From Candidatus Nealsonbacteria bacterium (GTDB lineage Bacteria; Patescibacteriota; Minisyncoccia; Minisyncoccales; RBG-13-42-11): a stretch of 64,000 nt of DNA. Below are positions 34,211 through 44,101 of this stretch, one piece after another. The stretch lies in contig JAPLXL010000005.1 of assembly GCA_026396115.1 (NCBI GenBank), positions 2,967-66,966 of the forward strand, written 5' to 3'. The notes beneath the pieces are model-generated. The model was not told where the DNA came from. It did no database searches and saw only the letters and a program-made list of their open reading frames with translations. The stretch's first letter is position 1. Each line of letters starts with the position of its first letter. The position numbers and the translations under genes are program-made.

Positions 34211-35320
34211 ATGTCCTTAGTATTATATCGAAAATACAGACCGAAAACTTTTACTGAAGTTGTAGGGCAAGAACATATAGTGAAAACCTTGACCAATGCT
34301 ATTGCCTCGGGAATGATTTCTCATGCCTATTTGTTTACCGGGCCTAGGGGAACAGGAAAAACAACTTTAGGCCGTCTTTTAGCTAAGGCCTTAAATTGTC
34401 AAAACAGGAAAGAAGGGGAGTATGAGCCTTGTAATCAATGCGACTCCTGCCAGGAAATAAATAAAGGAAATTCCATTGATATGATAGAAATAGATGCTGC
34501 TTCTAATCGGGGCATTGACGAAATGAGAGATTTAAAAGAGGGGATCCGTTTTGCACCCGCTAAGTCAAAATATAAGGTATTTATTATCGACGAATGCCAT
34601 CAGTTAACCAAGGAGGCAAATAATGCTCTTTTAAAAACTTTGGAGGAACCGCCTTCACACGCCATTTTTGTCTTGGCTACGACCGAAATCCATAAAATGA
34701 TTCCAACAATCATTTCAAGATGCCAGCGTTTTGACTTCAAAAAACTGACTTTACAAGAGATTATAAAAAAATTAGAATTTATTGCGAAAAAAGAAGAAGT
34801 TAAAATAGAAAAAAGAGCTTTGGAATTAATTGCCTTGAATGCCGCAGGTTCCGTCAGGGACGCAGAAAGCATCTTCGGCCAGATTTTAACCTTTGAAGAT
34901 ACGGCTCGGGAAATAAAAGCTGAAGAAGTGAAAGATTTGCTGGGCCTGGTGGAGATAAATTTAATCAGTCAATTATTTGATTTTCTTTCCCAAAAAAAAG
35001 CTTCGGAAGCTCTTAATTTTTTAAACGACATAATTGAAAAAGGCGTTGACCTCCAAGAATTTACAAAATCTTTGATTAATTATTTAAGACAAACTCTTAT
35101 TTTAAAAATAACCGGTTTACAAGAAACCAATCCGATTATCACCGGTTTGACCAAAGAAGAATTTCAAAAAATGCAAAAACAGACAGAAAGTTTTAAGGAA
35201 GAAGAATTGCTCCAAATTATAAATCTTTTTCTGGAAGCAGAAAATAAAATGAAATATTCTTCAATACTGCAGCTGCCCTTAGAATTAGCCATCATCGAAG
35301 CAATAGAGCCTATAGAGTAA
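34211..35320 (+). CDS. dnaX: DNA polymerase III subunit gamma/tau (short form)
   Basis: YRKYRPKTFTEVVGQEHIVKTL, GPRGTGKTT, Zn module CxxC, IIDECHQL, SRCQRF. Start moved to the ATG at 34211. Confidence 0.9.
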   Translation: MSLVLYRKYRPKTFTEVVGQEHIVKTLTNAIASGMISHAYLFTGPRGTGKTTLGRLLAKALNCQNRKEGEYEPCNQCDSCQEINKGNSIDMIEIDAASNRGIDEMRDLKEGIRFAPAKSKYKVFIIDECHQLTKEANNALLKTLEEPPSHAIFVLATTEIHKMIPTIISRCQRFDFKKLTLQEIIKKLEFIAKKEEVKIEKRALELIALNAAGSVRDAESIFGQILTFEDTAREIKAEEVKDLLGLVEINLISQLFDFLSQKKASEALNFLNDIIEKGVDLQEFTKSLINYLRQTLILKITGLQETNPIITGLTKEEFQKMQKQTESFKEEELLQIINLFLEAENKMKYSSILQLPLELAIIEAIEPIE

Positions 35321-35324
35321 TCAA

Positions 35325-35395
35325 TGCGGGGTCGTCTAATGGTAGGACAACAGATTTTGGATCTGTCTATCTTGGTTCGAATCCAAGCCCCGCAG
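35325..35395 (+). tRNA. tRNA-Gln (anticodon UUG)
   Basis: Manual cloverleaf: acceptor TGCGGGG/CCCCGCA, anticodon arm ACAGA-TTTTGGA-TCTGT, T arm CTTGG-TTCGAAT-CCAAG. Confidence 0.8.
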
Positions 35396-35401
35396 CAAAA
35401 T

Positions 35402-35435
35402 AAAAATCGCCAATCAGGCGGTTTTTTGGTAAGAT
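35402..35435 (+). promoter_or_regulatory. Conserved terminator-hairpin / extended -10 module
   Basis: aaaaatCGCCaatcaGGCGgttttttGGTAAGAT. The ATG at 35444 is 8 nt after the -10. Confidence 0.6.
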
Positions 35436-35443
35436 AAAAACAT

Positions 35444-35791
35444 ATGAATAAATTTCCTAAAAACTTGCTAATAAGTTATTGCGGTATCTGTTGTTCTTTG
35501 TGCCCGAGTTTTAGAAAGAAACAATGCCCTGGCTGTCTTAAAATTCCTGAGTGCGAGATTGGTAAATGTGCAAAATCCAAGAAGCAGAGATGTTGCTTTT
35601 TATGTAAGGAATTTCCTTGCAAGCTATATGAAGAAGGCTTTGATTGGAATTTAGATAAATTTGATGATCTCAAAAAATTTAAACTTGGTATTGTAAAATG
35701 GAAACCATACGACAAGGAATATATTAGATTATTTAAGATTGGCAAGGAAATAGATAAGAATAAAAAGCATAAGAAAGCAAAGAAGGCATAA
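35444..35791 (+). CDS. DUF3795-like Cys-rich protein
   Basis: YCGICCSLCPSFRKKQCPGC...CEIGKCA...CFLCKEFPC. Confidence 0.6.
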   Translation: MNKFPKNLLISYCGICCSLCPSFRKKQCPGCLKIPECEIGKCAKSKKQRCCFLCKEFPCKLYEEGFDWNLDKFDDLKKFKLGIVKWKPYDKEYIRLFKIGKEIDKNKKHKKAKKA

Positions 35792-35825
35792 TTTATATGA
35801 TAGAAGAGATTATATCTGTCAATTT

Positions 35826-37193
35826 ATGGAAAGAATTAAAAAAGCGAAAAACATAAAAAATATAGGCAAAATTTTTAAATATAAAAAAGTCCTGAATCTT
35901 GGAAGAGTATTTCAGAGAAAAAATTTTATTAAGCATATTCCCATTGCTGGATTGATATTAACTATTGCTATTGTGTTTTTTATATTTCGAATGGATATTT
36001 TGTCATATACTGATCCCATAGTAGAAACTCATGATGCTACCGATATATTAACAACTCAAGTTAAGGGAAATGGAGAAATAATATCAACAGGTGGGCAAGA
36101 TATCGATGAGATAGGATTTGAGTACGGTCTATCTCAAGAACCTACTTGGGTTAAAAATGAGACTGCTAATACGGAATATTGGTATAGGGCTTATGCAAAG
36201 ATAATAGCTAAGAAGATGTATGCTTTAATTGTTGCATCCCCAAATGAATTACAACTATTTGATATGGATGGAAATTTAGTAAATCAGATTGCAGTTGCAG
36301 GTTGGTCTTATGCTGGGTGTGGAGTAACTTTGGATTCTAAGGGTAATATTTATATAGAAGAAAATATGGAAGTAATTAAGAAATATGATTCTAATTTGAA
36401 TTTATTAGTTACCCAAAATATAGAAAGTGGGGATAACTGGATAGAAGGAATAAATATGGGACAAGATGGTTATTTGTATACACTTGAAGGTATAGCAAGT
36501 GGGTATGACATTAAAAAGAGGAATGTATCAGATTTGACTATTCAGGAAGTAATCCCTATAACTTCAGATATTTGGAATTTTCATACAGGCACACCTTGTC
36601 TTGATTCAAATGGTAATTTTTATATGGTTGGCCATGATGATGACATTGTAAAATATAGTAGTACAGGAGTATTATTAGCTTCAATAGATGTTGGTAGTAT
36701 ATCTAATGAATATGCTGGATGCGGTGTTTTGGGTAATTATGTGTATTTTGTCAAGAGTACAAATAAAATAGTTTATTTGCCATTAAATTTATCTACTTAT
36801 ACCGACTGGAATTTACCGTCTTCAATAGCTTATGGAATTACGGTTGCAGATGAACATCTAATCCTGTCAGGCTGGGATGGCGATAATGATGGCGCAACTT
36901 CGAAATATGATAGTGATAGAAATTTAGTTTGGACAAAGAAATTAACAGACGCTGGTTATGCATATAAGGCTGGCGGTTATCCGTCCCCTACTGAATATAT
37001 TGCTTACGGTGAATGGCTTGATTTTACTACGGCTGCTGGCCTCACAGTAGAAACTCATGATGCTACCGATATATTAACAACTCAAGTTAAGGGAAATGGA
37101 GAAATAATATCAACAGGTGGGCAAGATATCGATGAGATAGGATTTGAGTACGGTCTATCTCAAGAACCTACTTGGGTTAAAAATGACAAATAA
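35826..37193 (+). CDS. Membrane-anchored surface protein with propeller-like core, flanked by identical 47-aa repeats
   Basis: N-terminal TM. VETHDATDILTTQVKGNGEIISTGGQDIDEIGFEYGLSQEPTWVKN occurs at both ends. Confidence 0.55.
   Translation: MERIKKAKNIKNIGKIFKYKKVLNLGRVFQRKNFIKHIPIAGLILTIAIVFFIFRMDILSYTDPIVETHDATDILTTQVKGNGEIISTGGQDIDEIGFEYGLSQEPTWVKNETANTEYWYRAYAKIIAKKMYALIVASPNELQLFDMDGNLVNQIAVAGWSYAGCGVTLDSKGNIYIEENMEVIKKYDSNLNLLVTQNIESGDNWIEGINMGQDGYLYTLEGIASGYDIKKRNVSDLTIQEVIPITSDIWNFHTGTPCLDSNGNFYMVGHDDDIVKYSSTGVLLASIDVGSISNEYAGCGVLGNYVYFVKSTNKIVYLPLNLSTYTDWNLPSSIAYGITVADEHLILSGWDGDNDGATSKYDSDRNLVWTKKLTDAGYAYKAGGYPSPTEYIAYGEWLDFTTAAGLTVETHDATDILTTQVKGNGEIISTGGQDIDEIGFEYGLSQEPTWVKNDK
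36020..36160 (+). repeat. 141-bp perfect direct repeat, copy 1
   Basis: Identical by eye to 37046-37186 (offset 1026 nt, in-frame). Confidence 0.85.
37046..37186 (+). repeat. 141-bp perfect direct repeat, copy 2
   Basis: Identical to 36020-36160. Identity ends 5 nt before the stop of the 35826 ORF. Confidence 0.85.
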
Positions 37194-37234
37194 TTGGTAA
37201 TAAGATTTATTATACTTGGACAGAATATGATGCT

Positions 37235-39793
37235 TTGGGAGATGGGCAAATTTGGACAGCCGTATCAGAACTTGATGGTGGGAACTTTGTAGCAACTAAA
37301 AGGACCACAACAGCTTATAATTCGGATTTATCTCAGTTACAAGTAGTTGATAATAAAATATATTTTGTCTATAGCAAATATGATGATAATTATAACGAAC
37401 AAATCTGGACAGCTATTATGGATTTAGATGGTTCAAACTGGTCTGCCACCAAAAGAACTACTTCAAATTACAGTAAGATGAATCCTCATATGCAAGTGGT
37501 TGGTACTAAAATATATTATGCTTGGTATGAAAATAACGATTTAGGTAATTATCAAATATGGATAGCAAGTATGAATTTAGATGGTTCAAATTGGTCTGCC
37601 ACTAAAAAAACTGATACTGCTTATGATAATTTAGATATATCTTTCCAAGTAATTGACACTAAAATATATTATGCTTGGTGTGGGTTACAAGCTGATCATC
37701 ATCGTATCTTTACAGCCATATCAGACCTTGATGGTGGGAATTGGGAAGCTACTGAAAGAGTAGATACTGCTGGATTTACTTATACAAAGGGCATAGTACT
37801 TCAAGTAGTTGATACTAAAATATATTATACTTGGATACAAAGAGTTGTGGCGAATTATAAAGACCAAATTTGGACAGCAGTTATGAATATCGATGGAACT
37901 AATTGGGTAGCCACACAAAAAACTACATCGAATTATCATAAAGCATCTGTTCAATTAGAAGTTGTCGGTGACAAAATATATTATGCTTGGGAAGAAACTG
38001 ATGGTTCTGATTATCAAATCTGGACAGCCACAATGGATACAGACAGCACAGATTGGTTAGCGATTAAAAGAACGACTTCTGCTTACGATAAAGAATTTCC
38101 TCAATTGCAAATAGTGTCAGGTATCATATATTACTTGTGGGACGAATATGATGATTTGGGTAATAGCCAAATATGGATTACTATTTGGAATATTAGTGGC
38201 AATTTTGCTTACGGTGAATGGGTAAAATTCATATCAGAAGTGCCATCGCATGGCGGTGGTAGAATGCTTATGCCACCCCAAGCACCGGCTGGCGGTTTTC
38301 GGATTTTGATTAATGATGGTGCTGAATACCCTGATAGTCCAATCGTTAATCTCAAATTATTCGGTGGTCCGGATACGACAAGAATGGCAATTTCTAATTT
38401 TTCCGATTTTAGAGATGCCGAACAGGAAACTTATACCTTAACTAAAATTTGGGATTTATGTAAAGGATTTGCTTCCTGTCCTGAAGGCGAATATACTGTT
38501 TATGCTAAATTTTATGCTCCCTGGGGAACGGCTTCAGAAGTTGTTTCAGATAGTATTACTTATAAAAAACCAGAAGAAGAGCCAGAAGAGGAAGTGTCTA
38601 AGGAAGAGCAACCCGAGGAGAAAAAAGCAGAAGAAGAGATATTAGAGGAGGAAGAATTAGAAGAAATTCCCGGAATTTTCCCAGAGGGCGAGGAAGTCCC
38701 TGAAAAGGTATTACCAGAAAAAGAAATGCCAAAGAGGGAAACATTGCAAGAAAGATTCACTGCTCTTGTTTTAGGGATAATATCGGAAACAATAAAAAAG
38801 CTGAAAGAACTGAGAGAAAATGAAGCAATAATTAAAGTGAATTATCAGATTATTACCCCTGTTTTAGTCCCAATAGCCCTTATCTTAAATACTACAAATT
38901 TTGTTTTAACCAGCATCCCTCTTTTACTCCCTAATTTCCGATTTATTTTAGCCCAACTTTTTGGTTTATTAACAGGACTTTTTCGAAAGAAACGTAAGCC
39001 TTGGGGGGTAGTATTTAGTACTTTTAATCAAAAACCATTGAGAGGAGTGATAGTTAGAATTTATGAGAAACAAACTAACAAATTGATAGAAACGCAGATT
39101 ACTGATATACAGGGAAGATTTGGTTTTTTGGTTGGTCCTGGACAATATTATATTAAAGCTCAAAAGCCAGGTTATATTCTTTCAACTGCCAAAAAAGAAT
39201 TTATTTTTGATGGACAACAAATAACTCCTTACAAGGGAGAGGTTATTGATATTAAAGGAGAAGAGAAGGGAGAAAAAGGAGAAGGATTAATCAATGTTTT
39301 CATCCCTCTTGACCCTGATACATTTCTCGTTCCCGCCAAACGCTTAGTATTCTTTAAGCTATTTAATAAAGTTGAATCATTGTTAAGAAAGGTTAATCCC
39401 TATATTTTTGTTTCTGGATTTTCTTTTTCTGGTTTTGCTTTATTTGTTACTCCTGTCACTTATAACAAGGTAATTTTTGTTATGTATCTTTTTCTACTCG
39501 GAGTGAATATCATTACTTCCTTAAATTTGAGAAAACAGTATGGCGTGATAAAAGATTCCAGAACAAAATTATCTTTAAGCTCAGCGGTAGTTAGACTTTT
39601 TAATGCTGAATATGGCCAATTGGTCCAAGAGAGAATAACCGATCAAAATGGAAGGTACAGATTTTTACTTTCGCCCGGCACTTACTACCTTATAATTTTG
39701 AAAGAAGGATATCAGATTTTTCAAAGTGATCTCTTGGTTGTTAAGACAGAGAAAGCCATTGAGAAGAACTTTGAATTAGAAAGAGTAATATGA
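37235..39793 (+). CDS. Large repeat-rich surface protein (about 8 x ~55-aa KIYYxW...QIWTA...DGxNW..TK repeats, acidic linker, TM segments, two CarboxypepD_reg-like domains)
   Basis: Periodic repeats visible in the translation. GVIVRIYEK...ITDIQGRFGF and SAVVRLFNA...ITDQNGRYRF are carboxypeptidase-regulatory-like. The repeat unit continues upstream of the TTG start to 37187. Confidence 0.6.
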   Translation: MGDGQIWTAVSELDGGNFVATKRTTTAYNSDLSQLQVVDNKIYFVYSKYDDNYNEQIWTAIMDLDGSNWSATKRTTSNYSKMNPHMQVVGTKIYYAWYENNDLGNYQIWIASMNLDGSNWSATKKTDTAYDNLDISFQVIDTKIYYAWCGLQADHHRIFTAISDLDGGNWEATERVDTAGFTYTKGIVLQVVDTKIYYTWIQRVVANYKDQIWTAVMNIDGTNWVATQKTTSNYHKASVQLEVVGDKIYYAWEETDGSDYQIWTATMDTDSTDWLAIKRTTSAYDKEFPQLQIVSGIIYYLWDEYDDLGNSQIWITIWNISGNFAYGEWVKFISEVPSHGGGRMLMPPQAPAGGFRILINDGAEYPDSPIVNLKLFGGPDTTRMAISNFSDFRDAEQETYTLTKIWDLCKGFASCPEGEYTVYAKFYAPWGTASEVVSDSITYKKPEEEPEEEVSKEEQPEEKKAEEEILEEEELEEIPGIFPEGEEVPEKVLPEKEMPKRETLQERFTALVLGIISETIKKLKELRENEAIIKVNYQIITPVLVPIALILNTTNFVLTSIPLLLPNFRFILAQLFGLLTGLFRKKRKPWGVVFSTFNQKPLRGVIVRIYEKQTNKLIETQITDIQGRFGFLVGPGQYYIKAQKPGYILSTAKKEFIFDGQQITPYKGEVIDIKGEEKGEKGEGLINVFIPLDPDTFLVPAKRLVFFKLFNKVESLLRKVNPYIFVSGFSFSGFALFVTPVTYNKVIFVMYLFLLGVNIITSLNLRKQYGVIKDSRTKLSLSSAVVRLFNAEYGQLVQERITDQNGRYRFLLSPGTYYLIILKEGYQIFQSDLLVVKTEKAIEKNFELERVI

Positions 39794-40932
39794 ATATTCT
39801 CATTTTCCAAAATCTCTATATTTTCTTTTCAGCACTGGTTATAATTTGTATTTTTTTGATAGAAATCTTAACCATCAGAAGTAAGAAAAAAATCGAGCTT
39901 CAAAAAACAGCCATTGATTATTTATTTGATGGGTTGATTATAATCGATAGATCAAGGGTAGTAAGAGAACTGAATCCAAAAGCCGAGGAGATGTTGGGTG
40001 TCCAGAAAAAGAAAATAGTTGGTAAAATCTTCTCTGAAAAACTGAAAACTCCATATTTTGAAAGCCTTATCAGAATAATTTCTGTAATGGCCGAGAAAGG
40101 AAAGCGAGAATGGAAAGATATAATTATTGAAAAGCCGAGAAGATTAGTGCTCCGAGTAACGCCAATCCCTATTTTTAATAAAAAGAGAAAATGGACAGGA
40201 TATATTTTTATTCTTCATGATGTCACGCGAGAAAAGGAGATTGATAAAGTTAAATCGGAATTTATTACTATTGCCGCCCATAAATTAAGGACGCCTCTTT
40301 CAGAAGTAAAATGGGGGATCGGTTCATTAATGACTGAGAAAGAGAAGTTATCTTCTGATCAAAGGGAACTTTTAGAAAATTGTTATCAGGCAAACGATAG
40401 GATAATTTTTGAGGTAGATAGCTTACTTAATGTATCTGATCTTGAAAAAGGACTTTTCAAATATAAATTTATATTTGAATCTTTAGAGGATATAGTGGCT
40501 GAAGTTGTCCAGAATATGAGCGAATTTGCGAAAAAACAAGGAGTTTCTTTAAAATATCAAGAACCACCAGAAACTTTGCCCGAGGTAAAAGTAGATAAAG
40601 ACAAAATAAGTATAGTTGTCTATAATCTTTTAGATAACGCTTTAAGATATACCCCAAAAGGAGGTAAAGTATTAATTGGGATTAGAGAAAAAGATAAATT
40701 TCTTGTAGTTTCTATTAAAGATACGGGGATAGGCATATCTCCTTTAGAGCAAAAATTAGTATTCACTAAATTTTTCAGAAGCGAGAGAGCAATGAAGATA
40801 CATACGGAAGGTCTTGGTTTGAATCTTTTTGTCGTTAAAAATATTGTTGAAAAACATGAAGGAAAAATTTGGTTTGAATCCGAAGAAAATCAAGGAACTA
40901 CTTCGCACTTTAAATTACCAATTTTAAAATAA
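39790..40932 (+). CDS. Sensor histidine kinase (TM + PAS + HisKA + HATPase_c), no adjacent response regulator
   Basis: H-box FITIAAHKLRTPL, N-box LLDNALRYTP, G-boxes DTGIGI and GLGLNL. Confidence 0.85.
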   Translation: MNILIFQNLYIFFSALVIICIFLIEILTIRSKKKIELQKTAIDYLFDGLIIIDRSRVVRELNPKAEEMLGVQKKKIVGKIFSEKLKTPYFESLIRIISVMAEKGKREWKDIIIEKPRRLVLRVTPIPIFNKKRKWTGYIFILHDVTREKEIDKVKSEFITIAAHKLRTPLSEVKWGIGSLMTEKEKLSSDQRELLENCYQANDRIIFEVDSLLNVSDLEKGLFKYKFIFESLEDIVAEVVQNMSEFAKKQGVSLKYQEPPETLPEVKVDKDKISIVVYNLLDNALRYTPKGGKVLIGIREKDKFLVVSIKDTGIGISPLEQKLVFTKFFRSERAMKIHTEGLGLNLFVVKNIVEKHEGKIWFESEENQGTTSHFKLPILK

Positions 40933-40993
40933 AATTATCCATAAGTCAAAAATATTTTTTAAATTTAAATCGAATAAAATTTAATGCAGGATT

Positions 40994-41200
40994 ATGAATA
41001 ATAAATTAAACAAAAGGTCGACGATAAAGGGAATTATCTTTCCAGCATTTATTGGGGCAATAGCCGGTGCTTTAGGAGTTTCTATGAGAAGAGGTGGAGC
41101 CAGTTTATTAGAGATTATTTTGGTAGCAGTTGCTGTTGCTCTTGCCCTTGCTGTGGTTGGTTGGATATTTTCAAATCTATGGAAAAGCAAACAAAAATAA
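40994..41200 (+). CDS. Small membrane protein
   Basis: 68 aa with two hydrophobic helices. Confidence 0.35.
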   Translation: MNNKLNKRSTIKGIIFPAFIGAIAGALGVSMRRGGASLLEIILVAVAVALALAVVGWIFSNLWKSKQK

Positions 41201-41499
41201 CTTATTTGCTGTTTGGATTGACTATACTTTCTGTTATTCTACATAACGCTATTTCAGCTTTTTTTGAGATTGAGGAACCAGTATTTTTCATTCTGGCTCT
41301 TGTTTTCGCCTTAGGATTTGCCATTTCAGTCATTTACAACCTAATTAGCTATATTAAAAAGGGCGAACCAAAGGACTTATGGAAACTGGGGTTTTTAGGA
41401 CTATTTGGGTTATGCGGATTGATTGGCAGTCTTGGATTATATGGTTTCTTTGGCTTTTTCGGGTTCTTCGGAGCTAAAGGCTGGAAAAAGAAAGAATAG
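41179..41499 (+). CDS. Membrane protein with Gly/Phe-rich C-terminus
   Basis: TM helices. Tail GLFGLCGLIGSLGLYGFFGFFGFFGAKGW. The internal ATG at 41179 is preferred. Confidence 0.4.
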   Translation: MEKQTKITYLLFGLTILSVILHNAISAFFEIEEPVFFILALVFALGFAISVIYNLISYIKKGEPKDLWKLGFLGLFGLCGLIGSLGLYGFFGFFGFFGAKGWKKKE

Positions 41500-41808
41500 A
41501 AAAGACGGGTTCCATTTGGAAGACCCTCCTTTCGTGTCTCATTTGTCTCATTTTGTGTTAAAATAGTGAAATAAGCCCCGACCGAGACGCGTTATGAGAC
41601 AGCTCTAAAAAAGGCCAAAATTACTCTTAAAACCTTGGTTCTGGACCGAGACACACAGCAAATTAAATAAAAGGTCACAACCGTAATAAAAAATAAAAGA
41701 TAATAAAAAAATGGGTATGGGATGGGCGAACAAAAAAAGACTTGATAGAAGATTGAAAAAGAGAAACAGGAATGAAAATAAATCAAAGAAAAGATAGCAG
41801 AAGTCCGC

Positions 41809-41840
41809 AAAAAATCGCTTTCTTGGCGGTTTTCTAGTAT
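41809..41840 (+). promoter_or_regulatory. Variant of the conserved terminator-hairpin module
   Basis: aaaaaatCGCtttcttGGCGgttttctagtat. Confidence 0.4.
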
Positions 41841-41935
41841 CATAAAAATCGGGAATTCGCTATCAAAGACTCTGACGGTTACAAGATAATTTTCTATAAA
41901 AGGTCGTCTATATAATTAACAATAAAATTAAAATT

Positions 41936-42253
41936 ATGGAAGAAACATCAAAAAAAGAACAGTCTAATATAATGGCTATTCTAAGCTATATCAGCGTTCT
42001 CTGCTTAATCCCCATCTTAATGAAGAAGAAAGATGAATTTGTCAATTTCCACGCCAAACAAGGATTTATCTTGTTCGTCGCTGAAGCGGCAACTTGGATG
42101 GTTTTTAGCATTTTTCCTTTTCTCTGGTTTTTAGTCAATATCTTTGGCCTTGTTTGGCTTGTTTTGAGCATTATCGGAATCGTTAATGTTCTAAACAAGA
42201 AAAAGAAAGAGATTCCATTATTAGGCAGGTTTGCGGAAAAAATTAAATTCTAA
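41936..42253 (+). CDS. DUF4870-like membrane protein
   Basis: ILSYISVLCLIPIL...FVNFHAKQGFILFV pattern. Confidence 0.6.
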   Translation: MEETSKKEQSNIMAILSYISVLCLIPILMKKKDEFVNFHAKQGFILFVAEAATWMVFSIFPFLWFLVNIFGLVWLVLSIIGIVNVLNKKKKEIPLLGRFAEKIKF

Positions 42254-42265
42254 GAAATGAAGTTC

Positions 42266-42323
42266 AAAAAATCGCCAGGAAGGCGGTTTTTTGGTTGACA
42301 AATTTAAAATAGATATATATAAT
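42266..42323 (+). promoter_or_regulatory. Conserved terminator-hairpin module fused to a perfect TTGACA-17-TATAAT promoter
   Basis: aaaaaatCGCCaggaaGGCGgttttttgg, then TTGACA (42295-42300), 17-nt spacer, TATAAT (42318-42323). Confidence 0.7.
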
Positions 42324-42366
42324 ATAAACATCTTTAAAAATAAAATAAGGAAAGAGGTGATAAAAA

Positions 42367-42834
42367 ATGATAAAGAAATCAATAGAATTGATCGTAATCT
42401 TAGGAGTAATTTTGGTTTTTCTGATAGGTTGCGAATCAGTAGTACCAAACATAGAGGCTCCACTTGATGAAATTGTTGGCGGGCCAGGCGATCCTACTAT
42501 TGAATTCACCTATGTACCCCCCTATGGTAGTTTTGTAAATCTTAAAGGTCAGGTTTGGCATGTGAAACCAACTGACTATAAAGTAGCGGTGTATATCAAG
42601 GTAAACCTTGGGTGGTGGACCAAACCTTATTGGAGCACCCCACTGACGGTTATAAAGTTAGATGGAAGTTGGATATGTGACATTACAACCGGTGGAATTG
42701 ACGAGAAAGCAACAGGAATTGTAGCTTTCCTTGTACCAAACGGATATAGCCCGCCATCTATGTCAGGAGGTTCGACATTGCCCTCAGGGTTGGATGAAAA
42801 CGCGCTCGCAAAAGTGATAACAACACGTTTCTAA
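42367..42834 (+). CDS. Lipoprotein, function unknown
   Basis: Signal peptide with the lipobox LIGC. SD aaagaggtga. Confidence 0.55.
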   Translation: MIKKSIELIVILGVILVFLIGCESVVPNIEAPLDEIVGGPGDPTIEFTYVPPYGSFVNLKGQVWHVKPTDYKVAVYIKVNLGWWTKPYWSTPLTVIKLDGSWICDITTGGIDEKATGIVAFLVPNGYSPPSMSGGSTLPSGLDENALAKVITTRF

Positions 42835-43004
42835 AAAAGCAAAGAGGTGTAATAGCTTGTTACACCTCTCTTTGTTCAGTTAATGATACATAGTGTCAAC
42901 TCTATTTTTAACCCCGGTAGTAGAGCGAAGCTCACTACGGGGCAGGCAAAAATAGAATTGACAAGACTATTCAAGACTTGAATATAAAATGGTATAATAA
43001 AACT

Positions 43005-43967
43005 ATGGAAAACACTCAAGCTCATAATACGGGAAGCATGCCGAGGGATGTTTTTTTGTATCTTTTGAATATTTTCACTTTTTACGTTAGCGTTATCAGT
43101 TTTATTACTGTTTTTATCCAGTATATAAACGTTCTTTTTCCCGACCCGCTTAATTTTTATTACACGGGCATAACCAATGCGATCAGGTTGTGCACATCAA
43201 TACTGGTGATAGCGGTTCCGGTGTACATACTAACTTCCTGGATACTGGGCAAAGACTTTAAAAAGAATCACGAAAAGCGAGAGCTCAAATTGAGAAAGTG
43301 GCTGCTTTATTTTACCCTTTTTATATCGGCTGTCACCGTTATCATTGATTTAATTATTTTTGTTTATAACTTCTTTAGTGGAGAATTAACCGTGCGGTTT
43401 CTTTTGAAAATTATTGTTGTACTTTTTGTGGCAGCAGCCGTCTTTGGCTATTATATTTGGGATTTGAAAAGAAAAGACAGGGAAACTTCCCAAATACCCA
43501 AAAGGCTCTCCTGGGCTGTTTCTTTTTTGGTTTTGACAAGCATTGTTTTAGGTTTTTTTATTATCGGCACGCCCAAAGAACAGCGCGCCAGGAGGTTTGA
43601 CGAGCAAAGAGTGACTGACCTGCAAATGATGCAAGACCAACTTATTAACTATTGGTTACAAAAAGAAAAACTGCCCCAAGACCTTAGTCAACTGGAAGAC
43701 AGTATTTCAGGATTTATTGTTCCCAAAGATCCTGAAACCGCGGCTTCCTATGAATACAATGTGATTAATAATCTTTCTTTTGAATTTTGCGCTGTGTTTA
43801 AAACTTTAAGCAAAGATTTTGGCTCAGTTCCTGCTCGTCCGATTTTTTACGGTGACTTTTACCAGCAAAACTGGGCTCATGAAGTTGGCAGAACTTGTTT
43901 TCAAAGAACAATTGACCCTGATTTGTATAAAAAAACGCTGGTGCCGGAGCCAGTGCGAAAGGATTAA
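43005..43967 (+). CDS. DUF5671-like multi-TM protein
   Basis: PRDVFLYLLNIFTFYVSVISF N-terminal pattern, 4-5 TM segments, soluble C-terminal domain. Confidence 0.5.
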   Translation: MENTQAHNTGSMPRDVFLYLLNIFTFYVSVISFITVFIQYINVLFPDPLNFYYTGITNAIRLCTSILVIAVPVYILTSWILGKDFKKNHEKRELKLRKWLLYFTLFISAVTVIIDLIIFVYNFFSGELTVRFLLKIIVVLFVAAAVFGYYIWDLKRKDRETSQIPKRLSWAVSFLVLTSIVLGFFIIGTPKEQRARRFDEQRVTDLQMMQDQLINYWLQKEKLPQDLSQLEDSISGFIVPKDPETAASYEYNVINNLSFEFCAVFKTLSKDFGSVPARPIFYGDFYQQNWAHEVGRTCFQRTIDPDLYKKTLVPEPVRKD

Positions 43968-44101
43968 TTTCTTAAAAATAAAATGTTATTTTTTAATTAT
44001 CCTGCGTCGCAGGATAATTTAGTTCTTTTAGGAGGCAAATAGTGAAAGACAGGGTAGTTTTGGCGGTATCAGATAAATAATTGCAATAAAATTTTAAATC
44101 A

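Noticed and set aside
36020-37186. Diversity-generating retroelement (TR/VR pair)
   Set aside because: The two 141-bp copies are identical (no adenine-specific differences) and no reverse transcriptase gene is nearby.
41711-41797. 28-aa basic ORF MGMGWANKKRLDRRLKKRNRNENKSKKR
   Set aside because: There is no SD or promoter context, it lies in an A-rich low-complexity stretch, and it is likely fortuitous.
42913-42942. Rho-independent terminator after the lipoprotein gene
   Set aside because: A strong GC hairpin (CCCCGGTAGTAGAGC-gaa-GCTCACTACGGGG) is present, but no T-run follows on either strand. It may instead be a diverged repeat-family hairpin.
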